Positions 11,385-25,300 of a stretch of DNA of 64,000 nt are shown here, one piece after another (the first letter of the stretch is position 1; every line of letters begins with the position of its first letter). Source of the DNA: Octopus vulgaris. Its lineage: Eukaryota. The notes beneath the pieces are model-generated. The model had not been told where the DNA came from and did not search any database. It was given only the letters and a program-made list of their open reading frames with translations. Location of the stretch: positions 25,110,001-25,174,000 of the forward strand of contig OX597822.1 in NCBI GenBank assembly GCA_951406725.2. Reading direction: 5' to 3'. Position numbers and translations under genes: made by a program.

Positions 11385-11980
11385 AATTAATGTAAAAAGA
11401 CTTAACAGCATGTAAAAAGATAGGGCCGTCATTTGATACATACATACAATAAAATACATAGATATCTAGTCTAAATTTAAATTCTTCTAGAAATAACAAA
11501 TATATGGTTGATTCTGCATCTTCTCAAGCATTAACAGCATGGGAAAAATTATTTTTTCTTGTAAAGCCTGATCTTCTTTTTGATAAGAAAACACTCTATA
11601 CACTTCATTTCGGAAGACTGCTATAAACAATGGATGTGAGCGAGAACGTTATGACTGGGCACGCGCGACAGAGTTCAAAGTCAATTTGTGCCAAGTGTCT
11701 TCACTCTGCATCCTTTAGCTCCGTTACCATAGAAACAGTTTCGATACTTTTGATCAAACCTCGTGTATAATATTCAGATCTCGTGTTGATATTATTATCA
11801 GCTAAAACAATACTGGTTTCAAATTTTGGTACACGGTCTTAGCAAATTCGAGGGCGGGACAAGTCGATTAGATCGCCTCCAGTGTCCAACTGGTCCTTAT
11901 TTTATCGATCCCGAACGAATGAAAGGAAAAGTCGACCACAGCAGAATTTGAATTCAGAACATAAAGACTGACGAAATACC

Positions 11981-12196
11981 TATTTCTTTACTACACAGAG
12001 AGGACAAACAAGGACAGACAAACAGATTAAGTCGATTACATCGACCCCAGTGCGTAACTGGTACTTTATTTATCGACCCCGAAAGGATGAAAAGCAAAGT
12101 CGACCTCGGCGGAATTTGAACTCAGAACGTAGCGGCAGACGTAATACCGCTGAGGATTTCGCCCGGCGTGCTAACGATTCTGCCAGCTCGCCGCCT
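11981..12196 (-). mobile_element. SINE family N fused to an older, diverged relative (about 11815-11980)
   Basis: Head, core and tail (small deletion in tail) match 14394-14625. Confidence 0.9.
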
Positions 12197-12455
12197 AATA
12201 AGCGAAAATAATATTGCTATGATTCTTTGCAACGAGCTCGACCAACATGTCATTATGCACCTTATTAATTTACTCTGAGCAGTTGTTAAAACGTTGATGG
12301 ACTAATGAATTCATGAATTCATGATTGTTGTTTTTCCAAGCTTAATATAAAGGACTAATGACAAAACATGCTCAGACGTCTATGTTTATGTGTGCTTATA
12401 TGCATTTGTGCGAGCCTTTGCTTATTATATAGAAACGTAAGTCGCCGCGTCACTA

Positions 12456-12506
<51 letters not shown>

Positions 12507-12544
12507 TTGTCTGTCTGTACAAACATCTATATATAAATACATTC

Positions 12545-12702
<158 letters not shown>

Positions 12703-12719
12703 CATACATGCATACATAC

Positions 12720-12788
<69 letters not shown>

Positions 12789-13146
12789 GGGTGTGTGTGG
12801 GTGTATTTGTGTATATGCATGCATAGAAGGGAGAGACCGTAAGAGAGTGGGAGAGAATATAAAAAAAAAAATGAAGAATGAAAATTAAAGGGGAAAATTT
12901 TTAAAAAAAAAAGGAAAAAAAAAAGAAAAAGAGAGAGGAAAAAAAAGCCAGTAAAACTTAAGCTAGACGTCAGAGCGGAAAATTCCCGAAACATCCAAAT
13001 CTCATTAATGTTAACAAGTTTAAACATGTGCTTGAGTAAATCTTTTCCAACTAGAGATACAGCGTAGTATCAGATGGAGGATTGACAGGAGGTCAGATAC
13101 GATGCAAGAAATAGAGTTAGCGAGAGAAGAAAGAGAGCAACAGAGC

Positions 13147-13219
<73 letters not shown>

Positions 13220-13678
13220 TGAGAGAGAGATAGAGAGAAAAGGAGAGAGAGAGAGATGAGGTCGTCTCTTTAGTTTATTCCTTGTTTGCATTTAAATATA
13301 TAGTAACTGGGAAGGACGTCATTTCTTCCAGAACTAATCCAATAAGTCGCGTTTAAATGTTGAAATCCTTTTCATTGGTTTCCAATGTTTTTCTAATCTG
13401 AAATCTCGTCTGATTTCCATTCGAATTATTCACGCAAGTAACATGTATATTTAAATTATCGTAATATCAAATTATCACAGACATACGATATATATGTGTG
13501 CATACTTATGTACGTACGTATGTACGTACGTATGTACGTACGTACCTATCTACCTACCTACCTCCTTAACTACCTACCTACCTACTTAACTACCTACTTA
13601 ACAACCTACCTACCTACCTACCTACCTACCAACCTACCTACATACTTATATATGTATATGCATATATATGAGTATACA

Positions 13679-13723
<45 letters not shown>

Positions 13724-14393
13724 CACATATATATGCATATATATATGTATGTATATACATATATGTATATGTATATATATACATGTATATATATATATAC
13801 ATGTATATATATATACATGTATATATATATATATATATATAGGTATATGCATATATACATATATAGGTATATGTATATATACATATATATCTATATATGC
13901 ATATGTATATGTGCATATGCATTTATATATACATTATATTTATATATATGCTTATATATATACACATATATGCATACACATATTCTCATTATATTTGCGA
14001 GATCTTTATTTGTATCATTATGATGTGTGTGTGTGCGCGCGTGTGTATATGTGTACACATACAGATACACACACGCGCACGCACCGAAATATTAAGATGG
14101 CTGATTTTAAGTAAAAGTGTTGTCTTTTGCACTTCTAGGTTATCTATTCTTAATTGTATTACTGTGTCTAATACGTATGAAGTTAGGTTTCGTCTGCTTG
14201 CTCAGTGTTGTTTGAATTATAGTTATTGGCGCGTCATGAATGTTTGTCTTCTGTGTTTGAAAGTTTGGGTTATTAATGTGATTAAGTAAATCTTACATTT
14301 TAAAGTTTAATCAAGTGCAGTTTGAATGTTTACGTGTCTGTCATTTTCAGGGGATTTATTTAGGCGAATTTTTCGCCATTTGAATACGTTTCT

Positions 14394-14625
14394 TATTTCT
14401 TTATTGCTCACAAGGGGCTAAACATAGAGGGGACAATCAAGGACAGACAAACGGATTAAGTCGATTATATCGACCCCAGTGCGTAACTAGTACTTAATTA
14501 TCGACCCCGAAAGGATGAAAGGCAAAGTCGACCTCGGCGGAATTTGAACTCAGAACGTAAAGTCAGACGAAGTACCGCTAAGCATTTCGTCCGGCGCGCT
14601 AACGTTTCTGCCAGCTCGCCGCCTT
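14394..14625 (-). mobile_element. Full-length SINE family N with 18-bp target-site duplication
   Basis: CCATTTGAATACGTTTCT occurs at 14376-14393 and 14626-14643. Has a tRNA head, a Nin/Deu-like core and the tail ..TTTAGCCCCTTGTGAGCAATAAAGAAATA. Confidence 0.95.
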
Positions 14626-15654
14626 CCATTTGAATACGTTTCTGGTGCTTTAGTCAAAGAAGCATACTTAATAGTGGTTTTAAATTTTGGTACAAGGCCA
14701 TCAATTTCTAGGGAGAAGATAAGTTGATTATATCGATCCCAGTGTTTAATTGATACTTATGTTATGATGAAAGACAAAATCGACCCCGACGGTATTTGAA
14801 CTCAGAAGGATAAGTCGGAAGAAATATGTTACCTGTAGCACTCATGAGAGACCTCACAAACGACCTGACACATTATATCATCCTCTACCGTCCTCGATTG
14901 GATGCAACACATATTCTGTCTTCTTATTGATAAATATTGGGAGTCAAGACTAAAATATCACGAATATTTTAATTATTTGTTTAATAATAGGCGCCGATAT
15001 TTGTCAGTTCGAGAAGCACTTCTCGACTTCAACTGACGTATGTCAGTTCATAGTCTTTGGTACACTTAGCGGGGTACACTCAGTTTTAAGCAATTAGGGG
15101 TCAGGTTATTGGCCTAAGAATAATATCCTCCCTTCATGCCACCTGTGTTGGAGCCCTTAAAAAGAGATTGAAGAATGATTCTTGTTTTTCCACCCACCGA
15201 CTTCGCCATTTATAAATAGCAAAGAAGATAGCTTCATAAAGGGTTCGATCCAATCGCGTGACATCTTAGGCAAATGCCATTTTCTAATATCTCGGGTCGA
15301 TACATATCTTCGAGTGAAATTAGATTCATGGAGACTGTGTAGAAACCCGGTCGGGTCGATTATAAATGCAATTCAAAAGGAACAACTTTATCTCACAAAC
15401 ATCTGTATCCTCCTTGTCGAACGACGGCGGCCCACCAAATGAACTCTTCACTCAAAATTATTGAAATATTCATCGTGTTGAAGCTTTCTCATATTTCAAC
15501 TCGGAATATTGACCATTAAATCGAATTATTATAGATAGAGGAGAATTGTGACTGAGATATCCGTTAGCAGTGATGATCAGCTACATGCAAGCCTACGCTG
15601 ACAACACACCACCACTTCCGTACGGAGCAACACCATCTCATAATTCACCCCCCC

Positions 15655-15980
15655 CCTTCGGTCATGAATGACCATGGGATTGCACGTAGAAAGTTTCACT
15701 CCGAGGCACAAATCCAGGCAAGGTTGATTATGAAAGATAAGCAGTTGTCCATGCATACCAACCTCCTCTCTCTAACCCACCGATGTTATCCAAAAGAAAG
15801 ATAAAGACCGATATAGCTTGACACCAGTAACGTCGCAACCCATTTCAACAACCGAATGAACTGGAGTAAAGTGAAATAAAGTGTCTTACTCAAGAACACA
15901 ATACACAGCTCGGACCAGGAATCGAACCCATTACCTCATGATTGTGAGCCCTATGCTCTAACCACTGAGCCATGCGCTTT
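15655..15980 (-). mobile_element. tRNA-derived CORE-like SINE (family C)
   Basis: Minus-strand head GCGCATGGCTCAGTGGTTAGAGC..GGTTCGATTCC followed by GTGTTCTTGAGTAAGACACTTTATTTCAC. Homologous to 37795-38070. Confidence 0.85.
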
Positions 15981-16012
15981 GACTAATTCACTACCAATAT
16001 CACGAAAACCCA

Positions 16013-16095
<83 letters not shown>

Positions 16096-16726
16096 AGACG
16101 GTCATTTCCATCCACACTACCTTGAGATCCAACAATGTAACAGCGTTATGAATTGTTATAGTCGTTGGAGCGTCGGAAGAGTTAGTTTTATGATGTCTCT
16201 TCTGGCTCTGAGTCCAAATTCAACCAAGATCATCTTTGCCTTCCATCCTTTCGGATCAATAAAAAAAAACCAAAAAAAAACCCAGTCAATTACCACGACC
16301 GGCGGTGTCAACCAATCTCTTCTTGCCTGGAAGGTGGTAGCCTATGTGGAGAACAGAGACCTCTGTGAAGTATTGCAAACTGCGTTACATTGGAAATTTG
16401 TGTGGGGCTGGTAGTTTGAATAGAATTTAGAAAAGATTGTAATTAAGATATAAAATTCGCAACCTGTTTACTGATGTAACGATTAATGATGATAGTAATT
16501 AATCACACTTAACTCAGCTAAAAACTAAATGGATGTAGACATCAGACAGAATGCATAGAACCGTCCGCTTCAGCGTGGCCTGCGAAAGCGAATGGAAACA
16601 AAATTACAATTGTAGTGTTCCAGCTAAAGAATTGGCGAACGAAGCAGCTAAAGAACCAGAAAATAGCAGCCTAACATATAATTTGTGTTACTTCATATAC
16701 ATACATAAATGCATGCATACATAAAT

Positions 16727-16888
<162 letters not shown>

Positions 16889-16959
16889 TAACTCAGCTAA
16901 AAACTATAATCATCGTACGACAGAGTGATTAACAGTAGATGAAGACACAAGAATATATA

Positions 16960-17188
16960 TATTTCTTTACTACCCACAAGGGGCTAAACACAGAGGGGAC
17001 AAACAAGGACAGACAAACGGATGAAGTCGATTAAATCGACCCCAGTGCGTAACTGGTACTTTATTTATCGACCCCGAAAGGATGAAAGGCAAAGTCGACC
17101 TCGGCGGAACTTGAACTCAGAACGTAACGGCAGACGAAATACGGCTACGTATTTCGCCCGGCGTGCTAACGTTTCTGTCAGCTCGCCA
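16960..17188 (-). mobile_element. SINE family N
   Basis: Near-identical to 14394-14625. Confidence 0.92.
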
Positions 17189-18242
17189 TATATATATGGA
17201 TGGATCAAGACAGTTTGATTCAAATTCGTTGTTACTTTTGAGTTCCAAGCTAGTCGTCAGCCACTTTGTGTACACACACACACACACGCACGCACGCACA
17301 CACACACACTCACACACACACACACACACATGTATGTATATATATTCCATAAAAATAATGTGCATACATCATAACCATACAGATATAGATATACATATAA
17401 GTGCATGTACATACATACATAACAGTAAGTGAATACATATAGTTTTTCACAGATATAGTAATCATGCATACATGTGTTGAAAAAATGCACATTCATGCAC
17501 ACAGATACATACGGAAATATAAACCATGACATAAATAAACACTTATACACATATACACGTACATTGAGTTTTGTTTTTATAAATGGCAAAATATGACACT
17601 ACAAGAATGCATGTTATTTAAGTGTGATGTTATCTCTAAAAGCACAGATTACGTTGCAGATGGAGAAAATTAAAATTGCATAACACTTCATTAGCAAGAT
17701 GATATTTCTCATGTTAACTAATTAATTTTGGCTAATTTAGACACAAGGCCAGCAATTTTCAGAGGAAGGTAGTTAGTCAATTATGTCGACTCCAGTATTC
17801 GACTAGAACTTAATCTTTTTCGACCCCGGAAGAATGAAGGGTAGAGTTAACCTCGGAAAGGTTTAAGCGAAAACTAAATGTCGTAAGTAAATACTGCAAA
17901 ACATTATGTCAATGTTTTAAACGAATCTACCAAAGAAATTATGCGCTAAAATAATAATATTTTCTGTTATAGACGGAAGACCTGAAATTTACTCGACTGG
18001 TATTTAGTTTATCAACCCCAAAAGGAAGAAAGTTAAAGTCGACCTTGATGGGATTGGACTCAGAACACGAAGACTGGCGAAATGTTGCAAAGTATTTTGC
18101 CCGGTGTGCTAACGATTCTGCCAGCTCACTGCCTTAATAATAATGATAATAATAATCCTTTCTACTATAGGTATTAGAACTGAAATTTTGAAGGACGGGA
18201 CTAGTCGATTACATCGACCCCAGTGCGTATCTGGTACTTATT

Positions 18243-18475
18243 TATTTCTTTATTGCCCACAAGGAGCTAAACATAGAGGGGACAAACAAGGACAGACAAA
18301 CGGATTAAGTCGATTACATCGACCCCAGTGCGTAACTGGTACTTAATTTATCGACCCTGAAAGGATGAAAGGCAAAGTAGACCTCGGCGGAATTTGAAAT
18401 CAGAACGTAACGACAGGTGAAATACCCCTAAGTATCTTACCCGGCGTGCTAACGATTCAGCCTGCTCGTCGCTTT
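18243..18475 (-). mobile_element. SINE family N within a cluster of older diverged relatives (about 17730-18240)
   Basis: Tail ATTTCTTTATTGCCCACAAGGAGCTAAAC, core and head all present. Confidence 0.9.
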
Positions 18476-19431
18476 AATGATAATAATTATTTCTTCAGAG
18501 GCCACAACAATCATTTAGTTAGGAAAATACAAAATGAAGCTCAGTGGGGTTTACAGATGACCGCGCGAGGAATAAAAAAACAATAACAATTTACATGACA
18601 ATTCAAACAGCAAAATTCCTCAGTAGTTGGAATATACCACATGAAGACAACCAAGGAACTCCACAGAATCCAAGCTAACCTACTTATCAGGTGCACCATG
18701 GTATGTTCTCCTCTTCCTCCGTACTCCTCAGCCTACAAGTGTCAGCTTAGTGAAGGCCCATTCATTCAGTCCATCCTTGCCACATTCACCCACATTTCAA
18801 CAAATATACTGATGATGATGGTGTAGGTGACAGTACATCTTTCTCAACTCTTAACTTCCTTTTAAAAATTTCGATAAGGGTTTGGCCAAAGAATAAAGTG
18901 TCTGTCTTCAGTCCATTTAGTTTCGTCTATCACGTAACCTCTTTCGACATAGTTTCAAATTTTGATAGAAGGCAAGAAATTTTTAGAGAGAGGAGCATAT
19001 CGATATTATCGATCCATACTTGATTAGCACTTTATTCTATCGATCCCGGGGAGATGAAAGGCCAGCGTGACCTCAACGGGATTCTGAGAGTTGGAACAAT
19101 TGTAGCATGGCATTTCTTTGACCCACTTACTCAGTGATTCTCATCCATTTTTTGCCTATGGATCTTCATTTTGCGTTTGAGCTTTATTTCAATTTACTGG
19201 ACACCCATAGCCATTCAACGTTTACAAGATTCTCCTATATATTTATAATTAAATATTATAAGGAATTGTATATAAAAAAATGCTAAAATATTTTGTTTAT
19301 TGTATAAGTACGTATATACAGATTATTGCACTTAAATTTTAACATGAAAAATCTCGTTTGGACCACTAAGGGACATTTGGATCCTGCTGAGAACCACTGC
19401 TCTAACACTTCTGCCACTTTATCCCCTTAGT

Positions 19432-19459
19432 GATAATGATGATAATAATAATAATGATG

Positions 19460-19519
<60 letters not shown>

Positions 19520-19534
19520 GTGGTGGTGATGATG

Positions 19535-19566
<32 letters not shown>

Positions 19567-19576
19567 GATGATGATG

Positions 19577-19620
<44 letters not shown>
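19432..19620. repeat. (ATG)n/(ATA)n trinucleotide microsatellite
   Basis: Direct reading. Confidence 0.97.
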
Positions 19621-19622
<2 letters not shown>

Positions 19623-20308
19623 CAACAATAATAGAAAAAAATAGAATAGAAAACACAGTAGAAAGTGATATGTGCAAAATCTGTGGACAAAAGGGTGAAA
19701 CCGTATAGCATATTACCAGCCAATGTACGCCACTGGCCCAGAAAGAATATGAGACGCCACGACAATACAGCCAGGCTTGTCCATTGGACACTTTGCACAC
19801 AAGTATGGACTTGACAGAGCAAAAAATTGGTACGACCACAAACCTGAAGGCATTGTCGAAAATAGAAATGCAAAGATCCTATAAGATTTTATGATTCAGT
19901 ACGATTATGAGATAGGGAATAGGAAGCCAGACATAGTCTTAATTGAGAAAGAAAACAAACTATGCTGGATCATAGACATAGCATGCCCAGCTAACAACAA
20001 GGTATGCGATAAGGAAGAAAGAAAAGTCGAGAGATATGACAGGTTAGCTTGGGAAGTTAAGCTGTTGTGGTCGATTAAAAAGGTAGCAGTAGAACCAATA
20101 ATTGTCGGAGCCCTAGGAACACTGAGCAAAAGTCTCGAGAACAAATAGGGGCTGCAATAAGGATGGAGCACTTGCAGAAAACAGCACTGCTTGGAACCGC
20201 TCGAATACTCCGGAAGGTGCTCGAAAAATAAGAGGTGTTACCTTTGTTCACTGGTAGTGAACAGCTGACCCTGAAGTACATCTCCAGCGTTAGAAGCCGT
20301 GCAAATGC
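19621..20308 (+). mobile_element. 5'-truncated RLE-type non-LTR retrotransposon (R4/Dong-like) in (TAA)n
   Basis: CCHC knuckle CKICGQKGETV*HITSQC and RLE motifs RKPDIVLIEK..IIDIACP..KVERY..PIIVGALG. (TAA)n lies on both sides. Confidence 0.88.
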
Positions 20309-20368
<60 letters not shown>

Positions 20369-20831
20369 TTCACAAGATCGCATATTTGAAGAGAGGAGTT
20401 AATCGATAAAATTAACCCCACTAATCTTACTTGACCCTGGAAAGAAGAAGGAGGAGGGAATTGAAGGGAATTGAACTAAGAATGCAAAGAACTGGAACAA
20501 ATATCGTAAGGCGTTTTGTTCGACACCCTAACGATCCCTCCTTTAATATCCGGGTAAAAGGGGCGATATGAATCGATGATATCAGCCCTCCAGAGCTTGA
20601 CTGGTACATTTTTTTATCTAGCTCGGATGAATGAAAGGGAAAGTTAAGGTTGGCGAAACAAAATACCGTAAAGCAATTTATCCGACGCTCTAGCGTTTCT
20701 TCTATTAATTCTGACAATGTCTCTGAAAATGATGGAGGTGACGATGAAGATGATGATGATGATGACGTCGACGATAATGAAGATGGTGGTTGATGAATAT
20801 GATGCTGATGCTGATGTTGGTGGTGGTGGCT

Positions 20832-21192
20832 GTTGAGCAAAGCGGTCTTCGTCCTAGAGCTCGCAAGATCGCGCCTCTGTAGTGGGAGAAGTCCGAAACG
20901 TGGTTCTTTGCTATTCGCAAGACCCGCAGTAGAGAAAGCAGGTCAACCCCCGACACCGAGAGCATCGACGGATGGATGAATGCGCATCCAGGCTCAGCGG
21001 TTGCGTAGGAAGTCGGGGACAAGAAACAGGAAGAAAGAGTTAGAGAAAGTTGGAGTGAAAGAGTACAACAGGGGTCGCCACCCCCCCCTGCCGGAACCTC
21101 GTGGAGCTTTAGGTGTTTTCGTTCAATAAACACACACAACGCCCGGTCTGGGAATCGAAACCGCTCTAACCATTGGGCCATTGCGCCTCCAC
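20832..21192 (-). mobile_element. SINE with family A-type head and an alternative 3' tail
   Basis: GTGGAGGCGCAATGGCCCAATGGTTAGAGC head and CACCTAAAGCTCCACGAGG middle are shared with family A; the tail differs. Confidence 0.8.
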
Positions 21193-21557
21193 TGCTGCTG
21201 ATGATGTTGTTGTTGGTGGTGTTGATGGTGGTGGTGTTGATGTCGATGAATATGATACTGGTGCTGTTGCTGCTGCTGATGATGACGTCCATGTTAATGT
21301 TGCTGTCAAGAATTACTACTGCCATTGTAATTAACGATTGAAGCAGATATTTTATTTTAGACTACATTTCAAATGAAATTAGGAAAAATAAATTTGATAT
21401 TTCTGAGCGTATCCTCTAATAAATTAATGGAACAACGAAAAAGCTGAAATTTATTTCGTCGTTTAATTTTAAAATCATTTCACTAATTGCTATTTTTTTT
21501 TATTTGTCTACAATATTAGCGGGAGATATCCAAGTTACCATTAAGACCGTCACACAC

Positions 21558-21743
<186 letters not shown>

Positions 21744-21926
21744 ATATCTAATTATCTATTTATTTATTCATCCATCTTTCATCGTTATTATCTTCAGGTT
21801 CATGAATGGAAATGGTAAAAGTTAGAACGTTTTGCACATAGCCCCAACAGAAAGAATGAAAGGAAGGAATATACATACATACATACATACATACATACAT
21901 ACATACATACATACATACATGTATAT

Positions 21927-22248
21927 AGGAGCACTCCGTCGACGACGACGAGGGTTCCAGCTGATACGATCAATGGAACAGCCTGCTCATGAAATTAACG
22001 TGCAAGTGACTGAACAATCCACAGACACGGGTACCCCTAACGTAGTTCTCAGGGAGATTCAGCGTGACACAAAGTGTGACAAGGCCGGCCCTTTGAAATA
22101 CAGGTACAACTCATTTTTGCCAGCCGAGTGGACTGGAGCAACGGGAAATAAAGTGTCTTGCTGAAGGACACAACGTGTCGCCGGGAATCGAACTGACGAC
22201 CTTACAATCGTGAGCCCAATGCTCTAACAACTAAGTACGCGCCTTCAC
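21927..22248 (-). mobile_element. tRNA/CORE-like SINE (family C-related, different tail)
   Basis: Minus strand reads GAAGGCGCGTACTTAGTTGTTAGAGC..AGTTCGATTCCCGG..GTCCTTCAGCAAGACACTTTATTTC. Confidence 0.8.
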
Positions 22249-22274
22249 CATATGTATATACATACACATATACA

Positions 22275-22635
22275 TACGAAAATGAGACAATGATTATCTT
22301 ATGAACTTCATTAGCTTACAGGTTTTACTGATATATGATGTAGTGGGAACATAGTTGAGTGCCCGAGTAACACCCTCTAACTTCACTGGAGCCTCGAATA
22401 TAACGATCCAACAAACTCGAGTTATAATTCTGGCGAACCGAGGAGTGACTGTCGATGAGGTGACATGTTCTCATCAAATTTCTCATGGTTCTGTATACAA
22501 AATCCCCCACGATAGAAGAGGTGCATCGAAAAGCAAGGGGCCTCTGTTGAAAGGTGATTTAATTGTTCAACTTCTACTTTTCTTTTGCAAAAATTACGAA
22601 AACAAGAGTGTGTATTACTTTTAACTTACCCTAGT
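22275..22635 (+). mobile_element. Degraded mariner remnant
   Basis: ILANRGVTVDEVTCSHQISHGSVYKI resembles the second HTH region of mariner transposases. Confidence 0.6.
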
Positions 22636-22697
22636 GTATGTGTATATATTAATTAGTAAACAAAATCTCGTTAATGAAGTGTTATGCAATACACACA

Positions 22698-22763
<66 letters not shown>

Positions 22764-22861
22764 CATACATATACATACATGCATACATTCATACATACAT
22801 AGATACAAATCTGCGCATCCATCCATCCATCGATCTATCCATACATACATACATACATACA

Positions 22862-22946
<85 letters not shown>

Positions 22947-23299
22947 GTATATATATATATATATTATCAAATTAACTCGAGCATTCTAATAAGTACCTAA
23001 ATCAGCGCATGCATACGTAGATTCGTGCATAAAGACGCAACCATACACACTCACGCACACATAGATACATTTATGTACTCAGACACTGAAACTACCACCG
23101 TTTCAAGCACAGGTCTTTTCACGGTATCATTAACATACTGAATGAGAAACATATGGCAGTACACTTGATGAGTTCTTAGGCCGAAACGGCTGCTGCTTGA
23201 TGGTCTGAATAAATAGTACAGCTGTGTTAATTTTACATTTGCTTTATGCAATATTTATTGAATAATATCGTGAAATACGTGAATTTAGTTTTGCTCTCG

Positions 23300-23376
<77 letters not shown>

Positions 23377-23461
23377 GAGTATATATATATGTATGTGAGT
23401 ATATATATATATATATATATATACATATATATGTATATACTCACATACATACATATATATA

Positions 23462-23628
23462 TACGATGGGCTTCTTTCAGTTTCCGTCTACCAAATTCAC
23501 TCACAAGCCTTTAATCGGCCCGAGGCTATAGTAGAAGACACTTGTCTCAGGTGCCACGCAGTTGGACTGAGCCCAGAACCATGTGATTGGAAAGGAAGCT
23601 TCTTACCACACACCCTCTCCTGCGCCTA
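23462..23628 (-). mobile_element. SINE family B, 5' half
   Basis: GGGCTTCTTTCAGTTTCCGTCTACCAAAT...CTCCTGCGCCTA. Confidence 0.85.
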
Positions 23629-23648
23629 TACATACATACATACATACA

Positions 23649-23726
<78 letters not shown>

Positions 23727-23853
23727 TATATATATATCTATATATATATTTATATATATATATATATAACATATATATATATATTTATATGTATATATAT
23801 GTACATACACACGCATATACACACACTCTGATGCACAGTCATACATACATACA

Positions 23854-23896
<43 letters not shown>

Positions 23897-24637
23897 AGCT
23901 GTGGTGAATATTTGATGTGTATGCACCCAACTGAGTGATATGACGCTATAGGTTTTGCCTGAGAGAAATTCTCAGACCGCAAAATTTATTTCAGCCCGTA
24001 AAGCTTTCCACAATATCAGTGAGTGTATCATTTACCGTTGGTGAATTTCAAAGTAAAATTATATTCTTCAAATTTATACAAAGTCACCACGAAAAAGGTT
24101 ACAGGAAAAGGTAAAAACAATGAGAACGAATAATGTTACGTAAAATACTTCTCTGGCTCATCACACTCTACCGTCACCATATTTACATTCTTAACAATAT
24201 CAAAAACTAATGAAAAGATACTTCATTCTGGATCTTAATAATTGTACAGCACAGATATTGGTTTGAACTAACATTTTTCCACTGTGAAAGATTTTATCTC
24301 GTGTAAAGAAATATGTTTTAATTTTGATGATTAATTAGCTTGGGGAGCTAATGAATTATCATCATTATTCATCATTATTTTAATGTTTTAAAATTTATCT
24401 TGTATCGTTTAGTTCTATGCTGATTATACACTCCATGAAGAACTTGGGTTTTATATGTCTGTGTGTGAGTGTATATATGTGTATGTGTGTGTGAGTGTTT
24501 GTAAGTGAGTGTGTGTACGTATGTAAATATATATATATATATATATTAGACATATACATGCATACATATAATATATAATATATAATATATATGTAATATG
24601 TAATATATATATAATATATAATATATAATATATAATG

Positions 24638-24720
<83 letters not shown>

Positions 24721-24725
<5 letters not shown>

Positions 24726-25204
24726 GGGATGGGGCAGAGAGAACGGACGTTTTTGAAATTGTTATTGCTCAGCAACAGGGGAGGGACATATGTCTGACAG
24801 GTACCATTCGGTCCGTGGTATTTTAACATTTCTTTTTCTTTTCAGGTGAAGCAATGGCGCTGTTGACGATAGAGCATCGCGTGTTTACCTACGACAGATA
24901 CGTGAAAATAACGAGTCTTTCACAGCAGTTCAACGTGAGTTTCGGCGCCACTTCAACATTCATCGAAATTAGGCTGTAGGGTGAATGCACTTCATACACG
25001 AGGTACGCTATTGAATAATAGACCAATGGGGGCCTTCAGAAAAGCAGCGATAAAAACGGACACCACATGATGGATGTTGTTGCCCACACTTGACTTTGAC
25101 AAATGCTAGTTCAATACAAACACACTGATGTCAATAAAATTTGTCTGCAGCTAAAATTAATGATTCTGTGAATTTTTCAAAAACGTCCTTCTTCACTGCC
25201 TCAC

Positions 25205-25208
<4 letters not shown>
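24721..25208 (+). mobile_element. Internally deleted Tc1/mariner element with DUF4817-type N-terminus (DD41D/rosa-like)
   Basis: Degenerate TIRs GGCAGAGAGAACGGACGTTTTTGAAA and TTTCAAAAACGTCCTTCTTCACTGCC inside TA repeats. Frameshifted MALLTIEHRVFTYDRYVK/NESFTAVQREFRRHFNIHRN. Confidence 0.7.

Positions 25209-25300
<92 letters not shown>

Larger units (their letters stand above)
10001..11567. repeat. ~340-360 bp near-identical inverted repeats enclosing ~870 bp
   Basis: 10001-10341 is the reverse complement of 11209-11567. They differ by a few substitutions and in CA-repeat length. Confidence 0.95.

Noticed and set aside
19402-19873. Poly-His, poly-Met and poly-Ile ORFs
   Set aside because: They arise from the (ATG)n/(ATA)n microsatellite running into a LINE fragment.
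23155-23200. TTGATGA-GTTCTTAGGCC-GAAACGGCTG hammerhead-like motif
   Set aside because: The stems and cleavage triplet are too degenerate to call. It may be an old remnant.
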